Assembly (NCBI GenBank): GCA_963743915.1
Contig: CAVURN010000003.1
Location: 288,001 to 352,000, forward strand
Direction: 5' to 3'
Length of the DNA stretch: 64,000 nt
Origin: an uncultured Actinomycetota bacterium
Lineage (GTDB): Bacteria; Actinomycetota; Actinomycetes; JAHEKZ01
Under the pieces are notes generated by a model. The model was not told where the DNA came from. It saw nothing but the letters and a program-made list of their open reading frames with translations, and made no database searches. The position numbers and the translations under genes are program-made. Every line of letters starts with the position of its first letter. Position 1 is the first letter of the stretch. Shown here piece after piece: positions 29,568 to 42,209 of the stretch.

Positions 29568-30918
29568 ATGGAATCGGTGATCACCCCGCCCCTGCGTGCC
29601 CGTCTCGAGCAGATCCGCGACGAGGAGACGTCGGCGTTCCACTCCCGCATCCCACGCTCCCGCGACTGGCTGGAGAGCGCCGGTGAGGTGATGCCCAACG
29701 GTGTCCCCGTCTCGTGGATGGCCGGCTTCTGGCGGCACTCACCGGTCGTGGCCGCGTCGGGCTCGGGCAGCACCTTCACCGACCTGGACGGTCATCGCTA
29801 CCGCGACTTCAACCTGTGCGACCTCGCCATGGCCGCCGGCTTCGCGCCTCCGGCCATCGTCGAGGCGGTCACCCGACAGGCGGCGCTGGGCAACCACTTC
29901 CTGCTCCCCACCACGGACGCGGTCGAGGTGTGCCACCTGCTGCGCGAGCGCTTCGGCCTGCCCTCGTGGCAGTTCACCCTGTCGGCGTCCGGCGCCAACC
30001 TCGACGCTCTGCGCCTGGCCCGCGCCTTCACAGGGCGGCAGAGGGTCGTCGTCTTCGGCGCGAAGTACCACGGCCACCTGGACGAGCTGCTCTGGTCGGA
30101 AGGGCAGCCGGATGGCCTCGGGCTGCCCGACAGCTCCGGACGCCACCTCGTCACGGTGCCCTTCAACGACCCGGCCGCGCTCGAAGCGGTACTGGCAAGC
30201 GACGACGTGGCAGCGGTGGTGCTCGAGCCGGTGATGACCAACTGCGGGCTCGTGATGCCGCAGCCGAGCTTCCACGCCCAGCTGCGGACGGTTACTCGGC
30301 AGCACGGGACGTTGGTCGTCGCCGACGTGACCCACACGCAGTTCGCGGTCTTCGGGGGCGGCGCCCATGGAGAGGGCCTCGACCCCGACATCATCACGGG
30401 CGGCAAGGGCATCGGGGGCGGCGTACCCGTCGGTGTCTTCGGCATGACCCGGGTCCTCGCCGACTACCTCGCAGCGCACGTCGAGGGCGACTTTCGTCGA
30501 CGCGCCCGCGGTCCCGACAGGAGGCACCCTCTACGCCAACGCATTGTCGATGGCCGCCGCCCGTGCCGGCCTCGCCGAGATCTTCACACCTGAAGCGCAC
30601 GACCGGGTCGACGGTCTCGGAGCGCGCCTGCAGCGCGGGTTGCAGCAGCTCGTGGACGAGGCGGGCCTGCCCTTCACCATCGATCGCTGGGGCGGTCGCG
30701 TGCAGTGGCGCCTGAGCACCGAGCCCCCCGTCACCGGCGCGGACGGCTACCTCTCGGTCGACGAGGCCTTCGCCGACGCCCGCAAGGCCTTCTACGCCAA
30801 CCGCGGGATCTGGGACGCCATCGCCACCGCTGGCCCGGCAGTGTCATTCGCGGCGTCCGACGCCGACGTCGACGCCTACCTCGACGTCAGCCGCGCGTTC
30901 CTCGCTGCGCTGCGCTGA
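29568..30918 (+). CDS. Class III aminotransferase, GSA-aminomutase-like (frameshift near 30497)
   Basis: MPNGVP..W, DLDGHRYRDF, YHGHLD, EPVMTNCG, GKGIGGGVP and GGTLYAN. Confidence 0.85.
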
Positions 30919-30939
30919 TCCGAGCGGGCTGACGCCGTG

Positions 30940-31773
30940 TCAGCCCTTGCCCAGGTGTGACGCCAGGAACGCGAAGGCGTCGAGCGTCTGGTCGTTCCAG
31001 TAGACGCGGGTGTGTTGCCCCTCGCTGAATGACGCGATCTCGGGCTCTTCGGGCAGGGCGGCGACCAAGGCGCGGACCGAGTCGTAGAGCCCGTCCTCGG
31101 TGCCGCACCAGATGCCGAGGGGGGTACCCGTCAGAGCATCGACGTCCTCGAACACCGCATCACCTTCGCTGACCGCCGGCGAGAAGGCCGCCACCGCGCG
31201 CGCCCATCCCGGCTCGACCTCGGCCATGCGCAGCACGCCGTAGCCGCCCATCGACCAGCCCCACAGCGCGCGCCGGTCTCCGTCGAACCCACGCTCGTCC
31301 AGCCACTGCGGCATCTCCTCGAGCACCATGGCCTGCGGGTTGTCTCCGTCCGGCTGCGGCTCCCAGCGCAGGACGTCCCCGTGTGCGCCGGCGAGGACGA
31401 AGGGATCGGCCCCGGCGTCGACAGCTGCGGTCAGGAACTGGGGCAGACCGAAGTCGGCGTACATCGTCGGGTTGCCGGTGGCGCCATGGCAGATGACCAC
31501 GACGGGGAGGCCCTCGCCTTTGCCGTAGCCGGCCGGAACGGCGGTGAACAGGTCCACGTCCTTGCCGCGCTGCTCGCTGTACACGGTCTCGAGCGTCACG
31601 CGTCCGACCTCGGCGTCGGGGATGAAGGCGACGGGAGGATCGGTGAAGAGGTTCGTGATCCTGTTCGTCACGCGCCCTGGCAGGAAAGGCCAGGAGGCGG
31701 CCGCGCCCAGTCCCACTCCCGCGACGACGGCTCCGCCCACGAGCAGACGCCGACGCGTCACGGGTTCAGTCAC
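30940..31773 (-). CDS. Exported alpha/beta hydrolase (esterase family)
   Basis: Tat-like TRRRLL signal; GWSMGG nucleophile elbow; D and H (EGQHT) of the triad. Confidence 0.82.
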   Translation of the reverse strand: MTEPVTRRRLLVGGAVVAGVGLGAAASWPFLPGRVTNRITNLFTDPPVAFIPDAEVGRVTLETVYSEQRGKDVDLFTAVPAGYGKGEGLPVVVICHGATGNPTMYADFGLPQFLTAAVDAGADPFVLAGAHGDVLRWEPQPDGDNPQAMVLEEMPQWLDERGFDGDRRALWGWSMGGYGVLRMAEVEPGWARAVAAFSPAVSEGDAVFEDVDALTGTPLGIWCGTEDGLYDSVRALVAALPEEPEIASFSEGQHTRVYWNDQTLDAFAFLASHLGKG

Positions 31774-31800
31774 CCGGCGAGTGTAGGGCCGGGCAGACCG

Positions 31801-33141
31801 TCACGCGGCGACGGAGGCGACAGCGTCTGCCACGAGTGCCAACGCGGCTCGCAGGTCGTCCGGCGGCATCACGAGTGACGGCTGAATGTTCAGGCTGGTG
31901 GTGCTCGAGTCGACGAGGACTCCACGTTGCAGCGCCGCTTCCGCGACCCGACGCTGAAGGTCGGGGGCTCGTTCCTTTGTCCGGGAATCGCTCACCAGCT
32001 CGATGGCCATGAAGCACCCCTGCACCCGCACGTCCCCGACCTGGGAGAACCGTTCGGTCAGCGGCGCGAGCAGCTCGACCCCGACGGAGTGGAGAGCACG
32101 GACGTTCTCGAGGATGTGCTCTCGCTCGAAGATGTCCAGCGTGGCCAGCGCAGCGGCACACGAGGCGGGGAGCCAGGACCAGGTGCTTCCCGTGGAGAGG
32201 TCGTCGAAGCCTCCCAGCACGCGCTCAGTGCCCAGGACCGCACCGATCGGCATGACGCCCCCACCCATCGCCTTGCCAAGACACATCAGGTCTGGCCGCA
32301 GACCCCACAGGTCGGAGGCGAACAGCTCACCGGTGCGCCCGAAGCCGGTCTTGACCTCATCGAGGCACAGCAGCCAGTCGTGCTCGCGGCACAGCGCGAC
32401 GAGGGCGTCCCAGAATGCCCGGTCAGGAGTGACGACTCCCCCTGAGCCGAGCACCGGCTCGATCACGACACCGGCCACTTCGCCAGGGTCCACCACGTGG
32501 AAGAGCAAGTGGTCGCGCAGGTAGTCGACGGTGCTGTCGCCCGTGCCACCGGGTCGGGGGGCGGTGAACGGCGACCGGTATGTGTGCGGGTACGGCACGT
32601 GCACGAACCCGCCGCCAAGACCGCGCAGACCCATGCCGATCTCAGCGTGCTCCGCACCCAGGCCCGCCGTGGTGGAGGACTCTCCGTGGTAGCCGCCATG
32701 GAATCCAATGACGACTGGACGTCCCGTCGCCCGCCTCATGACGCGCACGGCCGTCTCGATCGCCTCGGTCCCGTTCAGAGCGATGTCGACCCGGGTGAGT
32801 CCCTCTGGGGCAACCGCCAGCAGCCGTTCTGCGAGCTGTGTCATCAACGGATGGGTCAACGCGTGGCTGTCCTCGTTGCCGAACGAGACCAGCTGTTCCG
32901 CGACAGCGGCGACAATGTCTGTCCGTCCGGCGCCGAAGGGCACCGACGCGGACGAGCTGGCGAGATCGACGAACACGTTGCCGTCGACGTCCTCGACCAG
33001 CCATCGTTCCTTGCGGCTCGCGACGATCGGGTAGGCACCGTGCGTCAACCCTGGATAGAAGATCCGTTGCTGCGCCTCACGCGCCTCTCTGCTCCGAGGT
33101 CCAGGGACCTGCCCGCTCACGTGCGGGCCCACGAGACTCAT
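31801..33141 (-). CDS. Class III aminotransferase (GabT/amine transaminase-like)
   Basis: DVDGNVFVDL, NGTEAIE, GYHG, IEPVLGSGG, LDEVKTGFGRTG and LGKAMGGG (PLP lysine). Confidence 0.9.
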   Translation of the reverse strand: MSLVGPHVSGQVPGPRSREAREAQQRIFYPGLTHGAYPIVASRKERWLVEDVDGNVFVDLASSSASVPFGAGRTDIVAAVAEQLVSFGNEDSHALTHPLMTQLAERLLAVAPEGLTRVDIALNGTEAIETAVRVMRRATGRPVVIGFHGGYHGESSTTAGLGAEHAEIGMGLRGLGGGFVHVPYPHTYRSPFTAPRPGGTGDSTVDYLRDHLLFHVVDPGEVAGVVIEPVLGSGGVVTPDRAFWDALVALCREHDWLLCLDEVKTGFGRTGELFASDLWGLRPDLMCLGKAMGGGVMPIGAVLGTERVLGGFDDLSTGSTWSWLPASCAAALATLDIFEREHILENVRALHSVGVELLAPLTERFSQVGDVRVQGCFMAIELVSDSRTKERAPDLQRRVAEAALQRGVLVDSSTTSLNIQPSLVMPPDDLRAALALVADAVASVAA

Positions 33142-34745
33142 GTCAGCCTGCGTGCTGCGGCGCGGCGACCCGCGTCACGCAGCACCTCTCGCGCGCAGTT
33201 CCGTCCGTTCGCCCCCGTGACGCCGCCACCGGGATGGGTTCCGGCGCCGCAGAGGTAGAGGTCGCGCACGGGCGTCCGGTAGTCGGCCCATCCACGCACC
33301 GGTCGAAAGGCGAACAGCTGGTCGAACGACATGTCACCGTGCAGCGCGTGGCCACCGGTCATCCCGAAGAGAGACTCGAGGTCGCGTGGGCTCAGTACCT
33401 GACGGTGTACGACGAGACCGGGCAGATCGGGCATGACACCAGCCAATCGCTCGACCGCCGCATCCGCCACCTTCTCCTTGAGGTCGTCCCAGTCTCCGTC
33501 TGCCAAGGTGTAGGGCTGCGAGTTCACGTCGATCGTGACGATGTGATGACCCGGCGGCGCGAGCGAGGCGTCGTGCACGGTCGGGAAGCACACTTCGATG
33601 TGCGGGTCGTGCGCAGGGATGCCCTGCTTGGCCTGCGCTTGGGCGCGGTCGAGGTCGGAGAGCCACCCGGAGACCTCCATGATGCCCCGGTGGTAGGGCT
33701 GCTCGCCTTCTCCGAGGCCCCTCACGTGCGGTAGGCCTGACACCCCCAGGGTGATCTTCATGCTGGTGCCCTCGATGCGGTAGGCGCGCAGTGCCGCCTC
33801 GAAGGAGGACGGCAGGACGCCACCGGGCACCAGACCGAGAAAGGTCCGGTGGGGATCGGCGTTGGACAGCACCCGTGAGGCCCGGATCACCTCCCCGTCG
33901 GTGAGCTGTACGCCCCTTGCCTGCCCCTCCTCCACCACGATCTTCGCGACCTCGGCCTCGGTCAGGATCTCGGCCCCGGCCTCGACGGCAGCCTCAGCGA
34001 GCAGCTCGGTGACGCATCCGATCCCCCCTCGGACGAAACCCCAGCTGCGGACGCCGGCACCGGCGTCCTCTGAGGCGTGGTCGTGGAGGAGCACGTACGC
34101 CGTACCGGGGTCGGACGGACCCAGCACGCTGTCGTTGATCGCATGCCAACCGAAGGCCGCCTTCACCTGCTCGGACTCGAAGTACTGGTCAAGAAGCTGG
34201 GTCGCCGACGTGGCAAAGAGCTGGCCAGCAGCCAGCACCTGTCGACGGTGTCGAGCGGCGTGTCTGCCCAGACGCGTGAGGGCGCGGATCCCCGTCGTGC
34301 GAAGAGCCGCACTGGGAGGCGTCCAGTCGATCATCGGTGTGACGAGGCCCGCGACGGCTCCGAGGTCGGCCTCGAACTGACCCAGTGCGTGAGCGTCGCG
34401 CTCGGAGAATTTCGCGATGTTCTGCGCCGTGACGGCCAGGTCGTCGTCGACGTAGAGGTGCGAACCGTCGTCGAAGACGTGCAGCGAGGGCCCGGCCGGA
34501 TCGACGACCAGACCTCTTTCGGCCAGGCGGCAGTCCCGCCAGATCGACTCGCGCAGCATCGAGAGCACGTACGCACCGGTGGATGCCCGGAACCCGGGGG
34601 CGAAGGTCTCGGTGACACAGGCGCCCCCGACGAACGGACGACGCTCGAGGACGAGTGGCCGCAGCCCGGCGCGGGCCAGGTAGAACGCAGCGACGAGCCC
34701 GTTGTGGCCGCCTCCGACGACGATGGCGTCGCGGGTCGTGGTCAT
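33138..34745 (-). CDS. FAD-dependent oxidoreductase, phytoene dehydrogenase/PYROXD2-like
   Basis: IVVGGGHNGLVAA, ERR..VGGAC, YRTPV..LYLCGAGTHPGGGVTGANG. Confidence 0.9.
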   Translation of the reverse strand: MTTTRDAIVVGGGHNGLVAAFYLARAGLRPLVLERRPFVGGACVTETFAPGFRASTGAYVLSMLRESIWRDCRLAERGLVVDPAGPSLHVFDDGSHLYVDDDLAVTAQNIAKFSERDAHALGQFEADLGAVAGLVTPMIDWTPPSAALRTTGIRALTRLGRHAARHRRQVLAAGQLFATSATQLLDQYFESEQVKAAFGWHAINDSVLGPSDPGTAYVLLHDHASEDAGAGVRSWGFVRGGIGCVTELLAEAAVEAGAEILTEAEVAKIVVEEGQARGVQLTDGEVIRASRVLSNADPHRTFLGLVPGGVLPSSFEAALRAYRIEGTSMKITLGVSGLPHVRGLGEGEQPYHRGIMEVSGWLSDLDRAQAQAKQGIPAHDPHIEVCFPTVHDASLAPPGHHIVTIDVNSQPYTLADGDWDDLKEKVADAAVERLAGVMPDLPGLVVHRQVLSPRDLESLFGMTGGHALHGDMSFDQLFAFRPVRGWADYRTPVRDLYLCGAGTHPGGGVTGANGRNCAREVLRDAGRRAAARRLT

Positions 34746-35668
34746 CAGGTCTCCAACCGGTTGATGCGGGACAGCCGATAGGCGATGACAGCCAGTACGC
34801 CTGAGAGGGCGAGCAGCATGAGACTGAGCGCCGATCCGCCCGCGAGATCCCCCTGATCGAGAATCAGGCTGTTGACCGCCTGGCCGAGCATGTAGGAGCT
34901 CGTGCCGCCCACCAGGGTTGGTGCGGCGAAGTCGGTGAAGAGGGGGATGTAGACCAACAGCACCGCGATGAAGATGCCGGGTGCGGCCAGTGGCAGCAGG
35001 ATGCGCCGCGCGATCGTCCACCAGCCGGCGCCCAGGTCCTGCGCCGCCTGGAAGAGCTTGGGGTCGATGGCCTTCATGGACGCGTAGAGGGGAATGATCG
35101 TGTACGTGATCCAGCCGGTCGACAGCACGACGATCACGGCGAGCTTGTTGAAGAGCAGGGCGTCGATGGGGGCGTCGATGATCCCGAGCGTCTCGAGGGC
35201 ACCGTTGAGGATGCCGTTCCTGCCCAGGAGCATGCGCCAGGCGTAGATCCGCACCACGGGATTGAGCTCGTCGAGGACGACGAGCCCGAGCAGGAGTGGG
35301 ATCTCAAAGCGCCCTGCCTTGAACGCCATGATGTAGGCGAGGGGGACCCCCACGACCAGCTGGATCAACATCGCTGAGGTGGCGATGATCACCGTCGTCT
35401 TGGCGATCTCGAGATACACGGGGTCGGTGAGCAGAGACGTGTACGCCTCGATCGACCAGATCGACTCCGCACCGTTGATCCCCATCCCCACGCTGATGAG
35501 CGCGAGCAGGGCCATGGGAACGACGAAGAGCGCCAGAAGCACGAGCAGCGGTACCGTCAGGTACGCCGCCGGCAGCCAGCCGGCACGGGTTCGTCTTTCG
35601 GCGTGGTCGGTCCCCGCGATCGCGTCACTGACCAGATCGCTCGCCTGGGTGGCCGTGGTGAAGGTCAT
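34745..35668 (-). CDS. ABC permease, PotB-like
   Basis: VVRIYAW..LLGRNG; EAA-loop variant FQAAQDLGA. Confidence 0.9.
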   Translation of the reverse strand: MTFTTATQASDLVSDAIAGTDHAERRTRAGWLPAAYLTVPLLVLLALFVVPMALLALISVGMGINGAESIWSIEAYTSLLTDPVYLEIAKTTVIIATSAMLIQLVVGVPLAYIMAFKAGRFEIPLLLGLVVLDELNPVVRIYAWRMLLGRNGILNGALETLGIIDAPIDALLFNKLAVIVVLSTGWITYTIIPLYASMKAIDPKLFQAAQDLGAGWWTIARRILLPLAAPGIFIAVLLVYIPLFTDFAAPTLVGGTSSYMLGQAVNSLILDQGDLAGGSALSLMLLALSGVLAVIAYRLSRINRLET

Positions 35669-36510
35669 CCTCGAGTCCCGGTGGTGACGAGGGAGGCCAG
35701 CTCGTCACCGCTGCCCCGGCGTCGAGAGACTCTCCGGATTCCCCACCACAACAGGTAGACGATGGCGACCTGGACCACCGAGATGAGCGTCGACATCGCG
35801 TTCACGATGGGCAGGTTGTTGGAGTTCCGCAGCACCGAGTACACCCAGACCGGGAAGGTCTGGTCGTAGCCTCCCGTGAAGAAGCTGATCTCGAAGTTGT
35901 TGAACGACCAGGCGAAGGCAAAGATGAACGACGCCGCCAGGGCCGGTGCCAGCTGTGGCAGCACGACACGCGTCATCATCTGCCACTGGGAGGCTCCCAG
36001 ATCGAGTGCGGCCTCCTCCTGTGACCGCTCGAACCTCACCAGCCTCGCGGCCACCAGGGCGGTGACCAAGGGGAAGGTCGTCATGATGTGCATGACGCCG
36101 ATGGTCTCCAGGCTCAGGTCGACATCGAGGGAGGCGAAGAGCAGCAGCCCCGCGATCCCTGTGACCAACCAGGGAACCACCAGTGGCGCGCCGACGAGTC
36201 CGGTTGTCGCCGACCGACCACGGAACCGGAACCGGGTGATCGCCCATGCAGTGCAGGTGCCGAGCACCACACAGACCGGTGCCACGACGCCGGCGAGCAG
36301 GAGCGAGTTGAGGAGCGCCTCGAGCGCCGCCGGATCGCTCAGAGCCGCCGAGTACCACTCGAGAGTGAACCCCTCGAACGGCAGGGCGATCACCGACGAG
36401 TCGTTGAACGAGAAGACGGCCAGCAGCAGTATGGGGCCCACGAGGACCACTCCCACGGCGAGCACCATGAGAGTCGCCAAGGAGTCCGACCACCACTGCT
36501 GGCGCGGCAT
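35665..36510 (-). CDS. ABC permease, PotC-like
   Basis: FSFNDS...FTLEWY and EEAALDLGAS. Confidence 0.9.
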   Translation of the reverse strand: MPRQQWWSDSLATLMVLAVGVVLVGPILLLAVFSFNDSSVIALPFEGFTLEWYSAALSDPAALEALLNSLLLAGVVAPVCVVLGTCTAWAITRFRFRGRSATTGLVGAPLVVPWLVTGIAGLLLFASLDVDLSLETIGVMHIMTTFPLVTALVAARLVRFERSQEEAALDLGASQWQMMTRVVLPQLAPALAASFIFAFAWSFNNFEISFFTGGYDQTFPVWVYSVLRNSNNLPIVNAMSTLISVVQVAIVYLLWWGIRRVSRRRGSGDELASLVTTGTRG

Positions 36511-37596
36511 CTAGCCCACCTGGATCTCTTGCCAGGCCGCGTCCCACTCCTCCTGGTAGGTGGGCTCGACCTCGGCGATCATCGACTCCAGCTGGCTCGG
36601 ATCCGCCGCCTCCCGGTCCTCTTCGGGGATCAGTGGCATCGCCTCGGGGTTGACGATCGAGAAGCCCTGCGAGGCGATCACCGCCTGCATCTCCGGTGAC
36701 AGGTAGTGGTTGATCAGGGCATATGCGGCTGAGACGTTCTCCGACTCCGAGCTGATCCCGAAGCCGCAGATCCACGACAAAGCTCCCTCTTCCGGAGCGA
36801 TCCACTCCACGTCGACGCCTTCCTTCTGGAGCTTCGCCGTCGTTCCCAGGCCGCCGTCACTGAGGGTGATCTCTCCGGACTTGAAGAGGTTGATCGTGTC
36901 CGAGTCCGAGTCGGCGAAGGTACGGAACTGATCGCGGTTGTCGATCATGTAGTCCCGCACCTCTGCGATCTGGTCGGGATCCATGTGCATCGGGTCATCG
37001 ATGCCCAGCGCCATCGCCGTGACCGCGAGCGGCGTGAGAGACCCCCCGCCGTCGAGCGCGACCTGGCCCTGCAGCGCGGGATCGTAGAGGTCGGTCCAGC
37101 TCGTCGGTGGCTCCGGGAAGGCACCGGTCTCGTAGATCAGACCGTGCGGACCGGCCGACAGGGGCACCATCCACGTGCTGCCGTCCGTCGTGACGCCATC
37201 GGCGTTCCTGAACGAGCCCAGCATGTTCTCCCACTCGGTGATCTTGCTGGTGTCGATCGGCGCCAGGAGGTCGGCACTCACCAGCGGGCTCGACTCATCG
37301 AGGCAGACCTCGATCACGTCGGTGCCAAACCCACCTTTGATCTTGGCGGCCGCCTGCGCATTGCTGTTGAAAGTCGCCGTCTGGACCTCGACGCCCGGGT
37401 ACGCGTCCTCGAAGGGATCGAGGATCGCGGGGTCGATCGAGTCGTCATAGGTGAAGGTGCGCACCGCTCCTGTGACCGGGTCATCGGCTGAGTCACTGAC
37501 ATCGCTCCCAGCGTCGGAGCCACAGGCGGCGACCGTCGTCGCCAACGCAACCCCGGTGCAGACAGCGAGAAGACGAACGCGGGCTGGAGATCTCAT
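36511..37596 (-). CDS. ABC substrate-binding lipoprotein, PotD/PotF-like
   Basis: Lipobox VAAC; LAPIDTSKI, PTSWTDLYDP and PEEGALSW. Confidence 0.85.
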   Translation of the reverse strand: MRSPARVRLLAVCTGVALATTVAACGSDAGSDVSDSADDPVTGAVRTFTYDDSIDPAILDPFEDAYPGVEVQTATFNSNAQAAAKIKGGFGTDVIEVCLDESSPLVSADLLAPIDTSKITEWENMLGSFRNADGVTTDGSTWMVPLSAGPHGLIYETGAFPEPPTSWTDLYDPALQGQVALDGGGSLTPLAVTAMALGIDDPMHMDPDQIAEVRDYMIDNRDQFRTFADSDSDTINLFKSGEITLSDGGLGTTAKLQKEGVDVEWIAPEEGALSWICGFGISSESENVSAAYALINHYLSPEMQAVIASQGFSIVNPEAMPLIPEEDREAADPSQLESMIAEVEPTYQEEWDAAWQEIQVG

Positions 37597-37639
37597 GGGG
37601 AACCCTTCGACGTGGACCAACGGGAGCGGGGGAGGAGAG

Positions 37640-38788
37640 TCATGGGGCTTCGCCGATCACGTGAGCGCCCTCGGGCTGCCACGTGACGAACACCTGCTGC
37701 CCCGGGGCGACGCCTCGGACTGACGGCGAGTCACTCAGAGCGTGGACCGCGAGGACGGAGCCGATGCTCAGACCGACGGTGACCTGGGTGAGGGAGCCGA
37801 GATAGGTCAGTTCGACGACGGAACCACGTACCCAGCTCACGCGGGGGTCCGGCTCAGGGTCTCCTTCGGATCGCAGCGAGATACGTTCGGGTCGTACCGT
37901 GATCTGCAGTGCCGACCTATCGAGGGTCTCACCGATCCCAGAGGGGGCGGTAGCCGTCAGTCGCTGTCCCTCACCGATCCGCGTGGTGAAGACGCCGTCG
38001 TGGTACTGCGGATCAGCCATGACCATCAGGTTCGAGGTTCCGATGAAGTCGGCGACAAAGGCCGACGTCGGACGCTCGTACAGGGCACGTGGTTCAGCGA
38101 GCTGTTCGACCCGGCCGTCCTGCATGACCGCTATCCGGTCAGACATCGTCAACGCCTCCTCCTGGTCGTGCGTGACGTAGAGGAAGGTCGTGGCGGTCTG
38201 CTGATGGATGCGTCGGAGCTCGGTCTGCATCTGCTTCCGGAGCTGAAGGTCCAGCGCTCCGAGCGGTTCGTCCAGCAGCAGAGCGCGTGGCCGGTTCACC
38301 AGCGCCCGTGCAAGTGCGACTCTCTGACGTTGCCCGCCTGACAGCTGGGCCGGGCGTCGTTCATCCATGCCTTCGAGCCTCATGGTCCTCAGGGCATCAG
38401 TGATCCGGTCGGTCTGCTCGTGACGACTGAGGTGCTTGATGCGGAGACCGAAGGCGATGTTCTCGGCGACGGTGAGGTGAGGGAACAACGCGTAGTCCTG
38501 GAAGACCATGTTGAGCGGCCGCTTCGCGGGACGCCTCGGTGTGAGATCGTCGCCGCCGACCAGGATGCGGCCGGCGCTCGGCTGCTCGAAGCCTGCCACG
38601 AGGCGCAGCGTCGTGGTCTTGCCGCACCCGCTGGGTCCGAGAAGCGAGAAGAACTCACCGGCGCCGATCGTCAGATCGACGTCGTCGACAGCCGTGACTG
38701 CACCGAACCTCTTGGTCACGTGCTCGATCCGCAGCTCTCCCCCTGTCGCGTGTGGTGCGCGCGACGACTCGACCGATGCCTGAGTCAT
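37640..38788 (-). CDS. ABC ATP-binding protein, PotA-like (with TOBE domain)
   Basis: GPSGCGKTT, VFQDYALFPH, LSGGQRQRVALARA, LLLDEPLGALD and VTHDQEEA. Confidence 0.95.
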   Translation of the reverse strand: MTQASVESSRAPHATGGELRIEHVTKRFGAVTAVDDVDLTIGAGEFFSLLGPSGCGKTTTLRLVAGFEQPSAGRILVGGDDLTPRRPAKRPLNMVFQDYALFPHLTVAENIAFGLRIKHLSRHEQTDRITDALRTMRLEGMDERRPAQLSGGQRQRVALARALVNRPRALLLDEPLGALDLQLRKQMQTELRRIHQQTATTFLYVTHDQEEALTMSDRIAVMQDGRVEQLAEPRALYERPTSAFVADFIGTSNLMVMADPQYHDGVFTTRIGEGQRLTATAPSGIGETLDRSALQITVRPERISLRSEGDPEPDPRVSWVRGSVVELTYLGSLTQVTVGLSIGSVLAVHALSDSPSVRGVAPGQQVFVTWQPEGAHVIGEAP

Positions 38789-40220
38789 GCCTCCACCTCC
38801 GGGGTCGTGAGCACGACGAACAGGTCGTTGACGTTGGTCCCCGTGTGCCCCAAGCGCACTGCCAGCCCGAGCTGCTCACAGGCAGAAGTCGACGAGTGCT
38901 GCAGCCTCGCCAGCTGAAGGTCGACGCCGCGCTGCTGGGCTCGGCGCCAGGTCTCACCGTCCACCAAGGCACCCGCGTACGGTGTGCCGCCGTCCGAGCC
39001 GTCGGTGTCCAAGAAGATCGCCGCCGAAGCATGCCCAGCGAGCGTCTGCGCGGCACGGAGCGCCGCGTGCTGATTCGGCCCGCCCTGGCCGAACGCTGCG
39101 CCGGAAGCGAGCGTGACCACAGACTCACCCCCGCACCCGAGCAGCATGACCGGTTCCCCGCCGGCCTCCGCCTCGTCAATCGCTCGCTGAGCCAGGTACT
39201 CGCCGACCTCGTCGGCGTCTCCCTCGATCTCCCGCTCGACCAGCACCGACTGATAGCCCAGGGCAGTAGCCGCCCGTTGCATGGCCTTCGCGGTGCGGGC
39301 ACCGTCCGCGAGCATCACCGTCTGTGGCTCGACGACCAGCTCTGGCGTCGGCAGATTGCGTTCCAGGTGGGCCCGCACACTGTCGGGGACCAGGTTCCAC
39401 AGCTCGGCCTGCTGCAGGACGGCGCGCGCCTGGGCTGCGTCAGAGGTGTCCTGCACAGTCGGATCGGTGATGGCGTCGAGCGGACTACCCGCCACGTCGG
39501 ACACCGTCAGGTTGATGATCCGCGCAGGGAGGGCGGCGAGGGCTACTCGACCCCCCTTGACCGCCGACACCTGTTTGCGCACCACGTTGATGTCCGTGAT
39601 TGCCAGACCACTGGCCAGCAGCTGCTCATGCAGGGTGCGTTTGTCGTGTGCGCCAACTCCTTCGACCGGCAGGCTCGACAGCGCCGAGCTGCCGCCGGTG
39701 AAGCAGGTGATCACGACGTCGTCCGGCCCTGCGTCGGCCGCACAGGTCAAGATCTGCTGCGCGGCCCGAACGCTCCGCTCGGTCGGAAGGGGATGGTCGG
39801 CGCACATGACCTGGATACCCACGAGCGCGGGCGCGTCCGGGTCGCGTACCGCGACCACGCCGCCGGCCAGTCTCGACTGCAGGATCTCCTGGAGCGCAGC
39901 AGCGATGGGATAGCTCGCCTTTCCCGCACCCAGGACCAGGACCCGACCGACACCGTTCATCTCGTAGCGCCGGCCGTCGACGATCAACACGTCTGTGGCG
40001 GGGTCGTACGACACGCATCGGTGAGTGGCGGCGCCTGGATCGGCCGCGGCCAGACCGGCCATTGCGACCTCGAGCACCGCACCCCGATAGCCGGTGTAGC
40101 GGCCCGTCAAGAGCTGCGGCGACTCGGTGAGCACCTTGGACAGCAGCTGAGCGCCCGTCCGCGACCGCATGGAGGAACCGGTGACTTGGTCACCGGTCTC
40201 CGACTGCAGGCGTGGAGTGG

Positions 40221-40224
<4 letters not shown>
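38785..40224 (-). CDS. Type-2 glycerate kinase family protein (DUF4147/MOFRL)
   Basis: GAGKA, DHPLP, GGSSAL, VKGGR, SDV, GGE, GGPNQ, TDGSDG and TGTNVND; GTG overlaps the enolase stop. Confidence 0.9.
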
Positions 40225-42205
<1,981 letters not shown>

Positions 42206-42209
<4 letters not shown>

